Origin: an uncultured Clostridia bacterium
GTDB taxonomy: Bacteria > Bacillota > Clostridia > Oscillospirales > CAG-272
DNA: 64,000 nt
Direction of reading: 5' to 3'
NCBI GenBank assembly: GCA_946410595.1
Contig: CAMKAU010000002.1
Location: 1,158 to 65,157, forward strand
The position numbers and the translations under genes were made by a program. The notes under the pieces were generated by a model. The model worked only from the letters and a program-made list of their open reading frames with translations. It was not told the DNA's origin and searched no databases. Below, one piece after another: positions 54,438-63,167 of this stretch (the stretch's first letter is position 1; every line of letters starts with the position of its first letter).

Positions 54438-55328
54438 ATGGCGGGACACAACGAAAAAAAAGCCGCAAAGACGACCGGCGCCGTCTTTCTGACCGCCGCG
54501 ATCTATCTGCTCTGGCTCCTTCTCTCTCTCGTTTTGAAGGAGGAGAGCGCGATCCTTGAGCGGGGCGTCGTTTTAGAAACGGCCGTTTTGATCATTCCCA
54601 CGGTCTTCTGGTGCGTTCTGCGCGGAGAGGAACAGGGAAAGCGGCTGCGTATCGCCTTTTTCTCTCCCGCGAAAACCGTTTTTCTCCTTCTTTTTACCGC
54701 CGCGATGCTCTGCGCCGCGCTGATCGCCGGGATTATGACCGGATCCGGCAGCGCGGAAACGGCGCTCGGCGTTTCTCTCTCGGGAGAGAACTCCCTGCTT
54801 GCCGCGCTTTGTCTTGCCGTGGTGCCCGCCGCGGCGGAGGAGCTCTTTTTCCGGGGGCTGCTGCTCTCCGAGTTAGAGGACGCGGGCGCCGGGACCTCCG
54901 TTCTCCTCTCCTCCCTCCTGTTTGCCATGTTCCATTTCAGTCTGTCCGGGCTCCCGCTTACCTTCTTCTGCGGCGTTTTGCTCGCCCTTTGCGTTTACGT
55001 GACCCGGTCGCTGCTCGCCTCGGTCGCGATCCATATCGCCTATAACCTGATCGCCCTGTTCGGCGCGCGGCAGTTTGCCTCTTTTCTCTCGATTACCGAC
55101 AGTCCCCTCCTGCCCGCCGCGCTCCTCGGCGTCGCGCTTCTGCTCTGCCTGATCCTGATCGCGGGCGAGTGCCAGCGCACCTACGCCGCCTACGCGCTGC
55201 AAAACGACCTCGCGCAAAAAAAAGCGCCGCGGGGAGGCGCCGTTGCGTTCCTTTCCACGCTCTTTTCGCCGGCGTCCGCCGCCTGCATCATCATCTTCAT
55301 TCTCGCTCTTTTCATCCGGAACTCGTGA
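54438..55328 (+). CDS. CPBP (CAAX/Abi) intramembrane protease family protein
   Basis: 296 aa, polytopic, with EELFFRG and FAMFH motifs. Confidence 0.8.
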   Translation: MAGHNEKKAAKTTGAVFLTAAIYLLWLLLSLVLKEESAILERGVVLETAVLIIPTVFWCVLRGEEQGKRLRIAFFSPAKTVFLLLFTAAMLCAALIAGIMTGSGSAETALGVSLSGENSLLAALCLAVVPAAAEELFFRGLLLSELEDAGAGTSVLLSSLLFAMFHFSLSGLPLTFFCGVLLALCVYVTRSLLASVAIHIAYNLIALFGARQFASFLSITDSPLLPAALLGVALLLCLILIAGECQRTYAAYALQNDLAQKKAPRGGAVAFLSTLFSPASAACIIIFILALFIRNS

Positions 55329-55347
55329 TCCGACCGGGAGGATAATC

Positions 55348-56652
55348 ATGAACGAACAAAACAAAAAACCGAAAGACAGCCGTCCCGCGCGGTCCTCTTC
55401 CGTGAGCCGCGCGCAGGAGGAAAAACGCCTGGAACGCTCCGCCTCGAAAAAGCAATCCCGCGATCTCGCGGCGCAGCGGCGCAACACGCGGGGAAAAAAG
55501 CGCGAGCTCTCCCGGATCAACAGCGTCCTCAAAAAGGAGCCGAAACGCAAGCGCAGCGAAAACGCGGTCGGCAAGTGGTTTATCTCCCCGCTTGTCAGAA
55601 CGATGGTTTACCTTGCCGTTATCCTCGTGATCTCGGTCTTCCTCGGCTTTTATCTCATCTCCGTTGCAAACGATCTCTTTGCCTTTGTGAAAAGCGAGGA
55701 GGAGGTCACTCTGACCGTGCCGGAGAACGCCACGATCGAGGAAGTCTCCGACCTGCTGTACGAAAACGGGCTGATCCGCTATCCCTCCCTTTTCCGCTTT
55801 TACGCCAAGCTGAAAAAGGACGACGGAAAGTTCATCGCCGGCGAGTACACCGTCAAGGCCTCGATGAACTACGATCTGCTGCGCAACGCCTTCAAGTATA
55901 AATACTCCCGCACGATCGTGCGTCTGACGATCCCCGAGGGCTTTACCTGCGACGATATCATCGATCTCTTCGTATCGAAGGGCGTTTCCTCCCGCGAGGA
56001 GTTCGTCCAGGCGATCAACACGGCGGATTTCAGCGAGTTCGCCTTTGTCCGGGCGCTGGACGAAAACCCGAATCCCGACCGCTTCTACCGTCTGGAAGGG
56101 TACCTCTATCCCGACACCTACGAGTTCTATTCCGACGCCTCCGCCGCCCAGTGCCTCTACAAGCTCTTGGAAAACTTTGACAAAAAGTTCAAGGACGTGT
56201 ACTACGAGCGCTGCCAGGCGCTCGGGATGACGGTGGATCAGGTCATCACGATCGCCTCCTACGTCCAGAGCGAAGCGTACTATCTCGACGAGTACGAGCG
56301 GGTCGCCTCCGTCTTCTACAACCGCCTCAACAATCCCGCCGCCTTCCCCTATCTGGAGAGCGACGCAACGGCGGCGTACGCCGTGCAGCTCCTCGAGGGC
56401 AAGCGCCCGGATAACGTAACGCCGGAAACGCTGAAGGCGGAATCCCCCTACAACACCTATCTGCATGCGGGGCTCACCCCCGGCGCGATCTCCAACCCCG
56501 GCTACGACGCGATCATGACGGCGTTGTATCCCGCTTCCACCTCCTACTACTACTTCTACACCAACAGCGACAAAACGACCGTCTTCTCCGCTACCCTGTG
56601 GGAGCATCAGGCGGCGATCGCCGCGGATCTGAACCGGCTGCCGCAATCCTGA
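55348..56652 (+). CDS. mltG: Endolytic murein transglycosylase MltG (YceG-like)
   Basis: Trimmed to the ATG at 55348 after GGGAGGA. Has a basic N-terminus, a TM, LEGYLYPDTYEF, SPYNTY and LTPGAISNPG. Confidence 0.9.
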   Translation: MNEQNKKPKDSRPARSSSVSRAQEEKRLERSASKKQSRDLAAQRRNTRGKKRELSRINSVLKKEPKRKRSENAVGKWFISPLVRTMVYLAVILVISVFLGFYLISVANDLFAFVKSEEEVTLTVPENATIEEVSDLLYENGLIRYPSLFRFYAKLKKDDGKFIAGEYTVKASMNYDLLRNAFKYKYSRTIVRLTIPEGFTCDDIIDLFVSKGVSSREEFVQAINTADFSEFAFVRALDENPNPDRFYRLEGYLYPDTYEFYSDASAAQCLYKLLENFDKKFKDVYYERCQALGMTVDQVITIASYVQSEAYYLDEYERVASVFYNRLNNPAAFPYLESDATAAYAVQLLEGKRPDNVTPETLKAESPYNTYLHAGLTPGAISNPGYDAIMTALYPASTSYYYFYTNSDKTTVFSATLWEHQAAIAADLNRLPQS

Positions 56653-56670
56653 AAAAAGGAGTTTTCTCTC

Positions 56671-57330
56671 ATGATCCTTTCACCGAAGGAAACCACCGTC
56701 GCCTACCGCTGCCCCGTCTGCGGGGAGGGTGTGCTCGCGCCCGTCGGCGTCTTTGCGCTGACGGCGGACCGTTTGCGGCTGAAATGCCCCTGCGGCGGCA
56801 GCTCCATGACCGTTACCCTCTCCAAAACCGACAACCGGGTGCGGCTGGACCTTCCCTGCTTTGCCTGCGGGAGCAAGCACCATTCCTACGTCGTCGGCTC
56901 CGAGCTCTTTTTCTCCCGCGAGCTGTTTCCTCTTTCCTGCTCGATGTCCGGGCTTGACGTCTGCTTTTTCGGAAAAAAGGAAAAGGTGTCCGAAGCGCTC
57001 CGGGAGCAGGAGGACGCGCTGCGGGATATGCTGCGGGAGGAACGGGAGGACGGCTCCCCCGCGCCGGACGCGGAACAGGAAAAGTCCCTGCGCCGCATCG
57101 AGGACGCGGATATCTACAACGTAATCCTCTTTCTCCTCACCGAACTGAAAAACGACGGCAAGCTCCGCTGCTCCTGCGGAACGCGCGGCGACTACGACGC
57201 CGACTGCGCGCCGGACGGAAACTCCGTCCGCGTCTACTGCAAGAGCTGCGGGAAGGAAAAGTATTTCCCGCTCGCCTCGGTCGAGGACGCCCGGCGCTTC
57301 CTCGATCTCGACGAGATCACGCTCGAGTAA
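56671..57330 (+). CDS. Multi-zinc-ribbon hypothetical protein
   Basis: 219 aa with CPVC..CPCGG, CFACGSKHH and CSCG..C..CKSCG, and an acidic central linker. Confidence 0.55.
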   Translation: MILSPKETTVAYRCPVCGEGVLAPVGVFALTADRLRLKCPCGGSSMTVTLSKTDNRVRLDLPCFACGSKHHSYVVGSELFFSRELFPLSCSMSGLDVCFFGKKEKVSEALREQEDALRDMLREEREDGSPAPDAEQEKSLRRIEDADIYNVILFLLTELKNDGKLRCSCGTRGDYDADCAPDGNSVRVYCKSCGKEKYFPLASVEDARRFLDLDEITLE

Positions 57331-57334
57331 AACG

Positions 57335-57370
57335 AAAACCGGCTTCCCGCCGCGGCGGGAAGCCGGTTTT
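57335..57370. terminator. Bidirectional intrinsic terminator
   Basis: Perfect 17-bp stem aaaaccggcttcccgcc / ggcgggaagccggtttt. Confidence 0.75.
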
Positions 57371-57374
57371 TTCT

Positions 57375-58598
57375 TTATACGATCTGCAAAAGGAAAAACT
57401 TCAGATAATCGGTCTCCGGCACGCCGAGCAGCTCCGGGTGGTCGGGCGACTGGCGGCGCTGCTCGACCAGCCGGAGCGAAACGCCCGCGTCCCGCGCGGC
57501 GGCGCGGAGCATAGGGAGGAACCGTTCGCTTTCCATAAAATGCGAGCAGGAGCAGGTGGCGAGATAGCCGCCCCGCGGCAGGAGCTTCATCGCGCGGTAG
57601 TTGATCTCCTTATACCCGCGCTCCGCGTCCCGCGCCGTGCGGCGGCTCTTGGTAAAGGCGGGCGGGTCGAGGATGATATAGTCGTAGCGCGCGTGTTCCT
57701 TCTCGAGCCGGGGGAGCAGATCGAACACGTCGGCGCAAAGAAAGTCCATCCGGTCGGCGAGACCGTTTTTTTCGGCGTTTTTTTGCGCCAGCTCCAGCGC
57801 CTCGGCGGACACGTCCACCGCCGTAACGCGCTCCGCCCCGCCCTTCGCCGCGTTGAGCGCAAAGGAGCCGGTGTGGGTAAAGCAGTCGAGCACCCGCTTG
57901 CCGCGGGCAAGGCGGGCGGCGGCGAGGCGGTTATACTTCTGATCGAGGAAAAAGCCGGTCTTCTGGCCGTTTTCCACATCCACGTCGTAGAAGATCCCGT
58001 TCTCGCAGATGGTCGTAACCGCGCTCTCGGGATGCGGAAGGCCGGCGTACCAGCCCTTGTACCGCTCCAGCCCCTCCAGCTCGCGCAAAGCGCCCTCCGA
58101 GCGCTCGTAGATCCCCGAAACGGCAACGCCGCAGGCGGCAAGCTCGGCGACAAGCGCCCGGTAAAGGATCTCCCGCCGCGCTTCCATCCCGTAGGAGAGG
58201 ATCTGCGAGACGAGCAGGTTTTCATACCGGTCCACCGTTACGCCGGGGAGGCCGTCCGCCTCGCCGAAGATCAGACGGCAGGCGGAAAAATCCTCCCCCA
58301 TCACCTCCCGGCGGTAGCGGACCGCGTAGGAAACGCGGCGGGCGAAAAACGCCTCGCCGAACGTTTCGTTCGGATTTGCGGACAGGACACGGACGCGGAT
58401 CTTGCTCTTTTCGCTCCACAGTCCCGTCCCGAGGTAGGCGCCTTTTCCCGAAAAAACGTCGACAAGCGAGCCGTTTTCCGGCGGGGCGGACACGGAAAGG
58501 ATCTCCTCCGCGTAGACCCACGGGTGGCCGCCGCGCAGGGAGCGCTCCGCCTTTTGGGTGACGGCGCAGGAAGGAAACGTTCGTTCTGTTTTCATCAT
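57375..58598 (-). CDS. rlmI: Class I SAM-dependent rRNA (cytosine-C5) methyltransferase, RlmI-like with PUA domain
   Basis: 407 aa with GHPWVY (PUA), VLDCFTHTGSFAL and IILDPPAF. Confidence 0.8.
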   Translation of the reverse strand: MMKTERTFPSCAVTQKAERSLRGGHPWVYAEEILSVSAPPENGSLVDVFSGKGAYLGTGLWSEKSKIRVRVLSANPNETFGEAFFARRVSYAVRYRREVMGEDFSACRLIFGEADGLPGVTVDRYENLLVSQILSYGMEARREILYRALVAELAACGVAVSGIYERSEGALRELEGLERYKGWYAGLPHPESAVTTICENGIFYDVDVENGQKTGFFLDQKYNRLAAARLARGKRVLDCFTHTGSFALNAAKGGAERVTAVDVSAEALELAQKNAEKNGLADRMDFLCADVFDLLPRLEKEHARYDYIILDPPAFTKSRRTARDAERGYKEINYRAMKLLPRGGYLATCSCSHFMESERFLPMLRAAARDAGVSLRLVEQRRQSPDHPELLGVPETDYLKFFLLQIV

Positions 58599-59095
58599 AG
58601 TTCCTTTTCGGGATCCGGCGGCAGGAGCGCTTCGCGCCAGCGCTCCGTCAGCGCGTCAAGCGACCAGGCGGCGTTGGCGGGGCTGGTCGAGGGAAGGCGG
58701 ACCGCCTCCGGCATACCGGGTTTTCGGATATACTTTTCGTAGATCGCGGCGGCTTTGCCGCCGTTGAGACAGATGCGCCCGATCCGCGCCGTACGCAGGA
58801 TGGGGGTAAGATCGGTCGGGCGGATCCATTTCATTTCGCTGTCGGCGGAGCCGCGGATCTCGCAGGCGGCCGCCGCATCCCACAGGGCGATGCGGTTTGC
58901 GAGCAGAAAGGCCTTTTTCTCCTCCGTCGTTTGCGGGCAGGGCGCGTTTTTCACCCGGGCGAGCACCTCCCAGAAGCGGTTGCGGGGGTTGCCGTAGAAA
59001 AACCCGACCTCCCGGGAAAGAACGGAGGGAAAACTGCCGAGGATCAGAATCCGGGCGTTTGCGTCGTACACGGGCGGGATCGGATGCTCGGTCAC
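58595..59095 (-). CDS. DNA-deoxyinosine (hypoxanthine) glycosylase, UDG superfamily
   Basis: Trimmed to the GTG at 59095, which overlaps the cca stop as GTGA. Has ARILILGSFPS, FFYGNPRNRFW and PSTSPANA. Confidence 0.65.
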   Translation of the reverse strand: MTEHPIPPVYDANARILILGSFPSVLSREVGFFYGNPRNRFWEVLARVKNAPCPQTTEEKKAFLLANRIALWDAAAACEIRGSADSEMKWIRPTDLTPILRTARIGRICLNGGKAAAIYEKYIRKPGMPEAVRLPSTSPANAAWSLDALTERWREALLPPDPEKEL

Positions 59096-60321
59096 GGCTC
59101 CCGCCTCCTCTCGAAATACGCGAGGAGAGCGTCTTTCCGGTTTTCCGCTTCCCCGTCCACGACCGCGCGGTAAAGAAGATCGAGGGCGCGTCCCACCTCC
59201 GGCCCCTCCCGCGCAAGCCCGCGGGAAAGGAGCGCGGTTCCGTCGAGGGCAAGCTCCTCCCGGCGCGGCGGAAGGTCGTTTTCCGCCCGCAGACGGGCAA
59301 GGAGGGCGAGGGCGCGGTCCGTTTCCCTCTCCCCGGGGAGGGCGGCAAGCCGGATCCGGAAGGCGGCCTCCGCGTCCCCGGGGGAAAGGGCGGCGAGAAA
59401 GCGCCGCATCCCGACCCGGTCGGTCGGCGGCGCGGTACGCGCCGCGCGGCAAAGCAGACGGGCGCGCTCTGAAAAACGGCGGGAAAACCGCAGCGCGGCG
59501 AGAGAAGAGAAAAGCTCCTCCTCCCCGGCAAAAAAGAAGAGAAACGCCGTCCGCTCCTCCGGCGAGGGAGAAAGACGCGAGAGAAGGGAGAGATCGGGCA
59601 GACGGCCGGCAAGCGAGGGAAAGAGGGCGAGCAGAAGATCGGGGAAAGCGGCGAACGCTTCGCCCGCAAAGCGGCCCGCGACGGCGAGGGAAAACTCCTT
59701 TGCCTTCCGCTCCGCGGAAAGGCGGTCAAGCCCGCCGGCCAGCGCGTGCATCGCGGCGGCGGTCGCCGCCTCCGGCGCGAGCCGGTAGACCGCGTAAAAA
59801 CGAAGCCCCCGCAGGATGCGGAGATGATCCTCGGAAAAGCGTTTTTCCGGGTCGCCGACGCATCGCAAAACGCGCCCCTCCAGATCGGCGAAGCCGCCGA
59901 AGAGATCGACGATCCCCCGCTCCGGCGACCAGGCGATCGCGTTGACGGTAAAATCCCGGCGGGAGAGATCCTCCTCCGGCGACCGGGAAAACGCGACCCG
60001 GTCTGGCCGCCGCCCGTCGCTGTACGCGCCCTCGGTGCGGAAGGTCGTGATCTCGTAGGGGCGGTCGGAGAGGAGAGTGAGCGTGCCGTGCCGCAGCCCG
60101 GTGGAGAGGACCGGCAGATCGGGGAAAAGCGAGCGCACCTCCTCCGGCCGGGCGGCCGAGGCAATGTCCCAGTCGGCGGGGGAAAGACCGAGCAGCGCGT
60201 CCCGCACGCACCCGCCGACAAAAAAGGCGCAAAAACCCGCTCGCTCCAGACGGGAGACGATCTCCCTTCCTCCGGCGGGCAGCTCGCGGTCGATTCGCTT
60301 TTCGGCTTTTCTCAGATCCAT
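59092..60321 (-). CDS. cca: CCA tRNA nucleotidyltransferase
   Basis: 409 aa with FFVGGCVRDALLG, DWDIA and RRDFTVNA. Confidence 0.85.
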   Translation of the reverse strand: MDLRKAEKRIDRELPAGGREIVSRLERAGFCAFFVGGCVRDALLGLSPADWDIASAARPEEVRSLFPDLPVLSTGLRHGTLTLLSDRPYEITTFRTEGAYSDGRRPDRVAFSRSPEEDLSRRDFTVNAIAWSPERGIVDLFGGFADLEGRVLRCVGDPEKRFSEDHLRILRGLRFYAVYRLAPEAATAAAMHALAGGLDRLSAERKAKEFSLAVAGRFAGEAFAAFPDLLLALFPSLAGRLPDLSLLSRLSPSPEERTAFLFFFAGEEELFSSLAALRFSRRFSERARLLCRAARTAPPTDRVGMRRFLAALSPGDAEAAFRIRLAALPGERETDRALALLARLRAENDLPPRREELALDGTALLSRGLAREGPEVGRALDLLYRAVVDGEAENRKDALLAYFERRREP

Positions 60322-60353
60322 GGCGGTTTTATCGGCGATCTCGCAAAAATCCC

Positions 60354-60382
60354 TTGTATTTTCAGACGCGGTATGGTATTAT
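60354..60382 (+). promoter_or_regulatory. Promoter of the E2-like gene
   Basis: TTGTAT (60354-60359), 17-nt spacer, TATTAT (60377-60382). Confidence 0.45.
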
Positions 60383-60430
60383 ACTAAAGTATAGTATAAA
60401 CCACGCTGAAAATCAAGAGGAAGCCACACT

Positions 60431-61348
60431 ATGCCAAACGAAGAGACAACGAAAAACGCTCCCGCCGGGGCAAAACCTTACAAGCGCAAACGCGGCGACC
60501 GCAAGGAAGGCCGCTGGATCCGTTCCCTCTCTCCGGTCAATCAGCTGATGGCGTTCATCATGCCGCAGCGCAACGACGCCCTGAATATGTTCCGCGACGC
60601 GGTCGACGTTTCCGCGGCAGAAGAACTGCTCCGCGAGCTGAAGGAAAAGGGCTATAAGAATATCGGGATGCTGCACGTCTTTTTGGCCGCCTACGTGCGC
60701 ACCGTCGCCTCCAATCCGGCGATCAACCGCTTTGTCAGCGGGCAGCGCGTCTACGCGCGCCACGGGATCGAGGTTGTCATGACCGTCAAAAAGGAAATGT
60801 CCCTCAACTCCCCCGATACGGTCATCAAGATCAACTACACCCCGTGGGACACCCTGACCGAGGTCTACGAAAAGTTCAACAAAACGCTGGAAGAGAGCAA
60901 GGGCGAGGACTCCGATACCTCCTTTGACAAGCTGACCAAGGTCCTGCGCGTCATCCCGCGCCCGATCCTGCGCGGCTTCATCCGGTTCTTAAACTGGCTC
61001 GACTACCACGGCTGGATGCCGCAGGCCCTGCTCAAGCTCAGCCCGTTCCACGGCTCCTTTATTATCACGAGTATGGGGTCGCTTGCGATCCCGCCGATCT
61101 ATCACCACATCTACAACTTCGGCAATCTGCCGGTCTTCCTCTCCTTCGGCGCGAAGCGCAAGGAGATCTATCTGGACGACGACGGCAGCGTAAAGATCCG
61201 CCCGATGATCGACTTTACCGTCGTGACCGACGAGCGGATCTGCGACGGGTTCAATTACGCCTCCGCCCTGCGCACGATGCGCCGCTACTTCAAAAATCCC
61301 ACCGCGCTCCTCACACCGCCCGAGACGGTAAAAGAGGATATCGAATAA
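60431..61348 (+). CDS. 2-oxoacid dehydrogenase E2-like acyltransferase catalytic-domain protein (no lipoyl domain)
   Basis: 305 aa. The C-terminal FTVVTDERICDGF corresponds to the DHRxxDG motif, but with Glu in place of His. Confidence 0.65.
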   Translation: MPNEETTKNAPAGAKPYKRKRGDRKEGRWIRSLSPVNQLMAFIMPQRNDALNMFRDAVDVSAAEELLRELKEKGYKNIGMLHVFLAAYVRTVASNPAINRFVSGQRVYARHGIEVVMTVKKEMSLNSPDTVIKINYTPWDTLTEVYEKFNKTLEESKGEDSDTSFDKLTKVLRVIPRPILRGFIRFLNWLDYHGWMPQALLKLSPFHGSFIITSMGSLAIPPIYHHIYNFGNLPVFLSFGAKRKEIYLDDDGSVKIRPMIDFTVVTDERICDGFNYASALRTMRRYFKNPTALLTPPETVKEDIE

Positions 61349-61369
61349 CGATTTGAAGGACGTTTTGCC

Positions 61370-62536
61370 ATGACGACCGTGACGCTGGTTGCCACCTGCC
61401 TGTTCGGACTGGAAAAATATCTCGGCGAGGAGATCGACGCCCTCGGCTGCAAGCGGCTGGAAACGATGGACGGGCGCGTGACCTTCGAGGGGGATCTCTC
61501 CGCGATCCCGCGCGCCAACCTCTGGCTGCGCTGCGCGGAGCGGATCTTTATCAAGCTGGGCGAGGGACCGGCGCATAGCTTTACCGAGCTCTACGACGCC
61601 GCCAAAGCCCTCCCGTGGGAGGACTGGATCGGCAGAGAGGACGCCTTCCCCGTCAAGGGCCACTCCGTCAAGAGCGCTCTCTTTTCCCTGCCGGACTGCC
61701 AGCGCATCATCAAAAAAGCGGTGGCGAAGCGGCTGGAAAACGAATACGGGATCTCCTGGTTCCCCGAAACGGGAACGAAATACCAGATCGAGTTTTTCCT
61801 CTTCCGCGACCGCTGCTCCTTTCTGATCGACACCTCGGGAACGGCGCTCCATAAGCGGGGCTACCGGCCCGAATCGGTCGCCGCTCCGCTCCGGGAAACG
61901 CTGGCCGCCGCCATCGTCTACACGAGCCGCCCGCGGGAAAACGTCCTCCTTTGGGATCCCTTCTGCGGGAGCGGCACGATCGCCGTGGAAGCGGCGATGA
62001 TCATGTCCTGCCGGGCGCCCGGCGCCGGACGGCATTTTATCTCCGAGTCCTTCTCCAATCTGGACGCCTCGCTCTGGAAACAGGCGCGCGAGGAAGCCGC
62101 CTCTCTCGTCAGACGGACGGATTTTCGCGCCGCCGCCACCGATATCGACCCGAACGCCGTCACCCTGACCGAGGCGAACGCCGCGCGGGCGGGAGTCGGC
62201 GACTACATAACGAGCTTTGTGATGGACGCCCGCCGAATCCAGTCCCCCGCGCCCGGCGCGCGCGGCACGATCGTGACCAATCCCCCGTACGGCGAGCGTC
62301 TGATGACCCCGGAGGAGACGGAGACCCTCTACCGGGAGATCGGACGGGCGTTCACCGCGCTCGACCCGTGGCAGGTCTACCTCCTCACCTCAAACGAGCA
62401 TTTCGAACGGCTGTACGGCCGCCGCGCGGACAAGGTCCGCAAGCTCTATAACGGAATGATCCCCTGTTATCTTTATCAATACTTCAAATCGGAAAAGAAA
62501 CGCCTGTTTTCCGCCGACCTCGGCCGCCGATCCTGA
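61370..62536 (+). CDS. THUMP-domain class I SAM-dependent RNA methyltransferase (RlmL/YpsC-like)
   Basis: 388 aa with an N-terminal THUMP fold, DPFCGSGTIAVEAA and TNPPYGERL. Confidence 0.85.
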   Translation: MTTVTLVATCLFGLEKYLGEEIDALGCKRLETMDGRVTFEGDLSAIPRANLWLRCAERIFIKLGEGPAHSFTELYDAAKALPWEDWIGREDAFPVKGHSVKSALFSLPDCQRIIKKAVAKRLENEYGISWFPETGTKYQIEFFLFRDRCSFLIDTSGTALHKRGYRPESVAAPLRETLAAAIVYTSRPRENVLLWDPFCGSGTIAVEAAMIMSCRAPGAGRHFISESFSNLDASLWKQAREEAASLVRRTDFRAAATDIDPNAVTLTEANAARAGVGDYITSFVMDARRIQSPAPGARGTIVTNPPYGERLMTPEETETLYREIGRAFTALDPWQVYLLTSNEHFERLYGRRADKVRKLYNGMIPCYLYQYFKSEKKRLFSADLGRRS

Positions 62537-62597
62537 CGCCGTCCGCCGTACGGAACGCCGGCGCCGCCTCCGGCGGCGCGGACGGCGTTTTCCCCTC

Positions 62598-62673
62598 CGG
62601 GGTGTAGCGCAGTTGGCAGCGCGGGTGCTTTGGGAGCATCAGGCCGGGAGTTCGAATCTCCCCACTCCGACCA
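62598..62673 (+). tRNA. tRNA-Pro (anticodon UGG), CCA encoded
   Basis: Cloverleaf by hand. Acceptor CGGGGTG/CACTCCG (one G-U pair), D-arm GCGCAGTTGGCAGCGC, anticodon stem GGTGC/GCATC with loop TTTGGGA, T-arm GGGAGTTCGAATCTCCC, then A and CCA. Confidence 0.9.
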
Positions 62674-62674
62674 G

Positions 62675-62702
62675 AAAAAGCCTCGCTTGCGCGAGGCTTT
62701 TT
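62675..62702 (+). terminator. Intrinsic terminator after tRNA-Pro
   Basis: aaaaagcctcgc-ttgc-gcgaggcttttt. Confidence 0.7.
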
Positions 62703-62705
62703 CAA

Positions 62706-62884
62706 CGAAATCCGTCCTCACGGACGGGATAAATCCGCGCAGGCGCGGATGAAATCGCTGCGCGATGAAATCCGGCTCCGCCGGGTTTTAAGGGCGGATT
62801 TGATTTCACCGTGAGCAAAGCGAACGATTTCATCCGAGGACAATGTCCGAGGATTTCACCGCGGCAAAGCCGCGATTTCATTAA
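62706..62884. repeat. Convergent array of GAAATC-anchored mini-hairpins
   Basis: GAAATC/TAAATC at 62707, 62730, 62751 and 62767 (plus-strand sense). GATTTC at 62802, 62826, 62852 and 62874 (minus-strand sense). Most copies are followed by a short GC hairpin. Confidence 0.6.
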
Positions 62885-62913
62885 AAAGCGAGGAGAAAGA
62901 AAACGGCAGAGAA

Positions 62914-62953
62914 CCCCCGGGGCAAGCGTTTGGCAAAACGCTTGCCCCGGGGG
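62914..62953. terminator. Long perfect hairpin (terminator of the feoB operon)
   Basis: 18-bp stem cccccggggcaagcgttt / aaacgcttgccccggggg with loop ggca, 13 nt beyond the small-ORF stop. Confidence 0.6.
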
Positions 62954-62966
62954 CGTTTATCCGAGG

Positions 62967-63143
62967 TTACTTTTCCTTTTTCTGAGAGGAGCATCCCATT
63001 CCGCACGTCGCGCAGTTGCCCGTGCAGCCGCCTTTTTGATTCTTTTTATCCTTTACGAGAGAGAACACGGCGGCCGCGAGCAAAGCCAGAATCACCGCTG
63101 ATGCGACGACCGTTACCGCGTTTTCCGCGATCCAGGCGAACAT
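62967..63143 (-). CDS. FeoB-associated Cys-rich small membrane protein (58 aa; below the ORF-track cut-off)
   Basis: Hand translation: MFAWIAENAVTVVASAVILALLAAAVFSLVKDKKNQKGGCTGNCATCGMGCSSQKKEK. AGGAAGGAG lies 8 nt upstream, and the gene is directly downstream of feoB. Confidence 0.8.
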   Translation of the reverse strand: MFAWIAENAVTVVASAVILALLAAAVFSLVKDKKNQKGGCTGNCATCGMGCSSQKKEK

Positions 63144-63167
63144 ACCGATACACTCCTTCCTTTCTAC

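Noticed and set aside
62476-62721. 81-aa and 73-aa minus-strand ORFs
   Set aside because: They are antisense translations of tRNA-Pro and its terminator.
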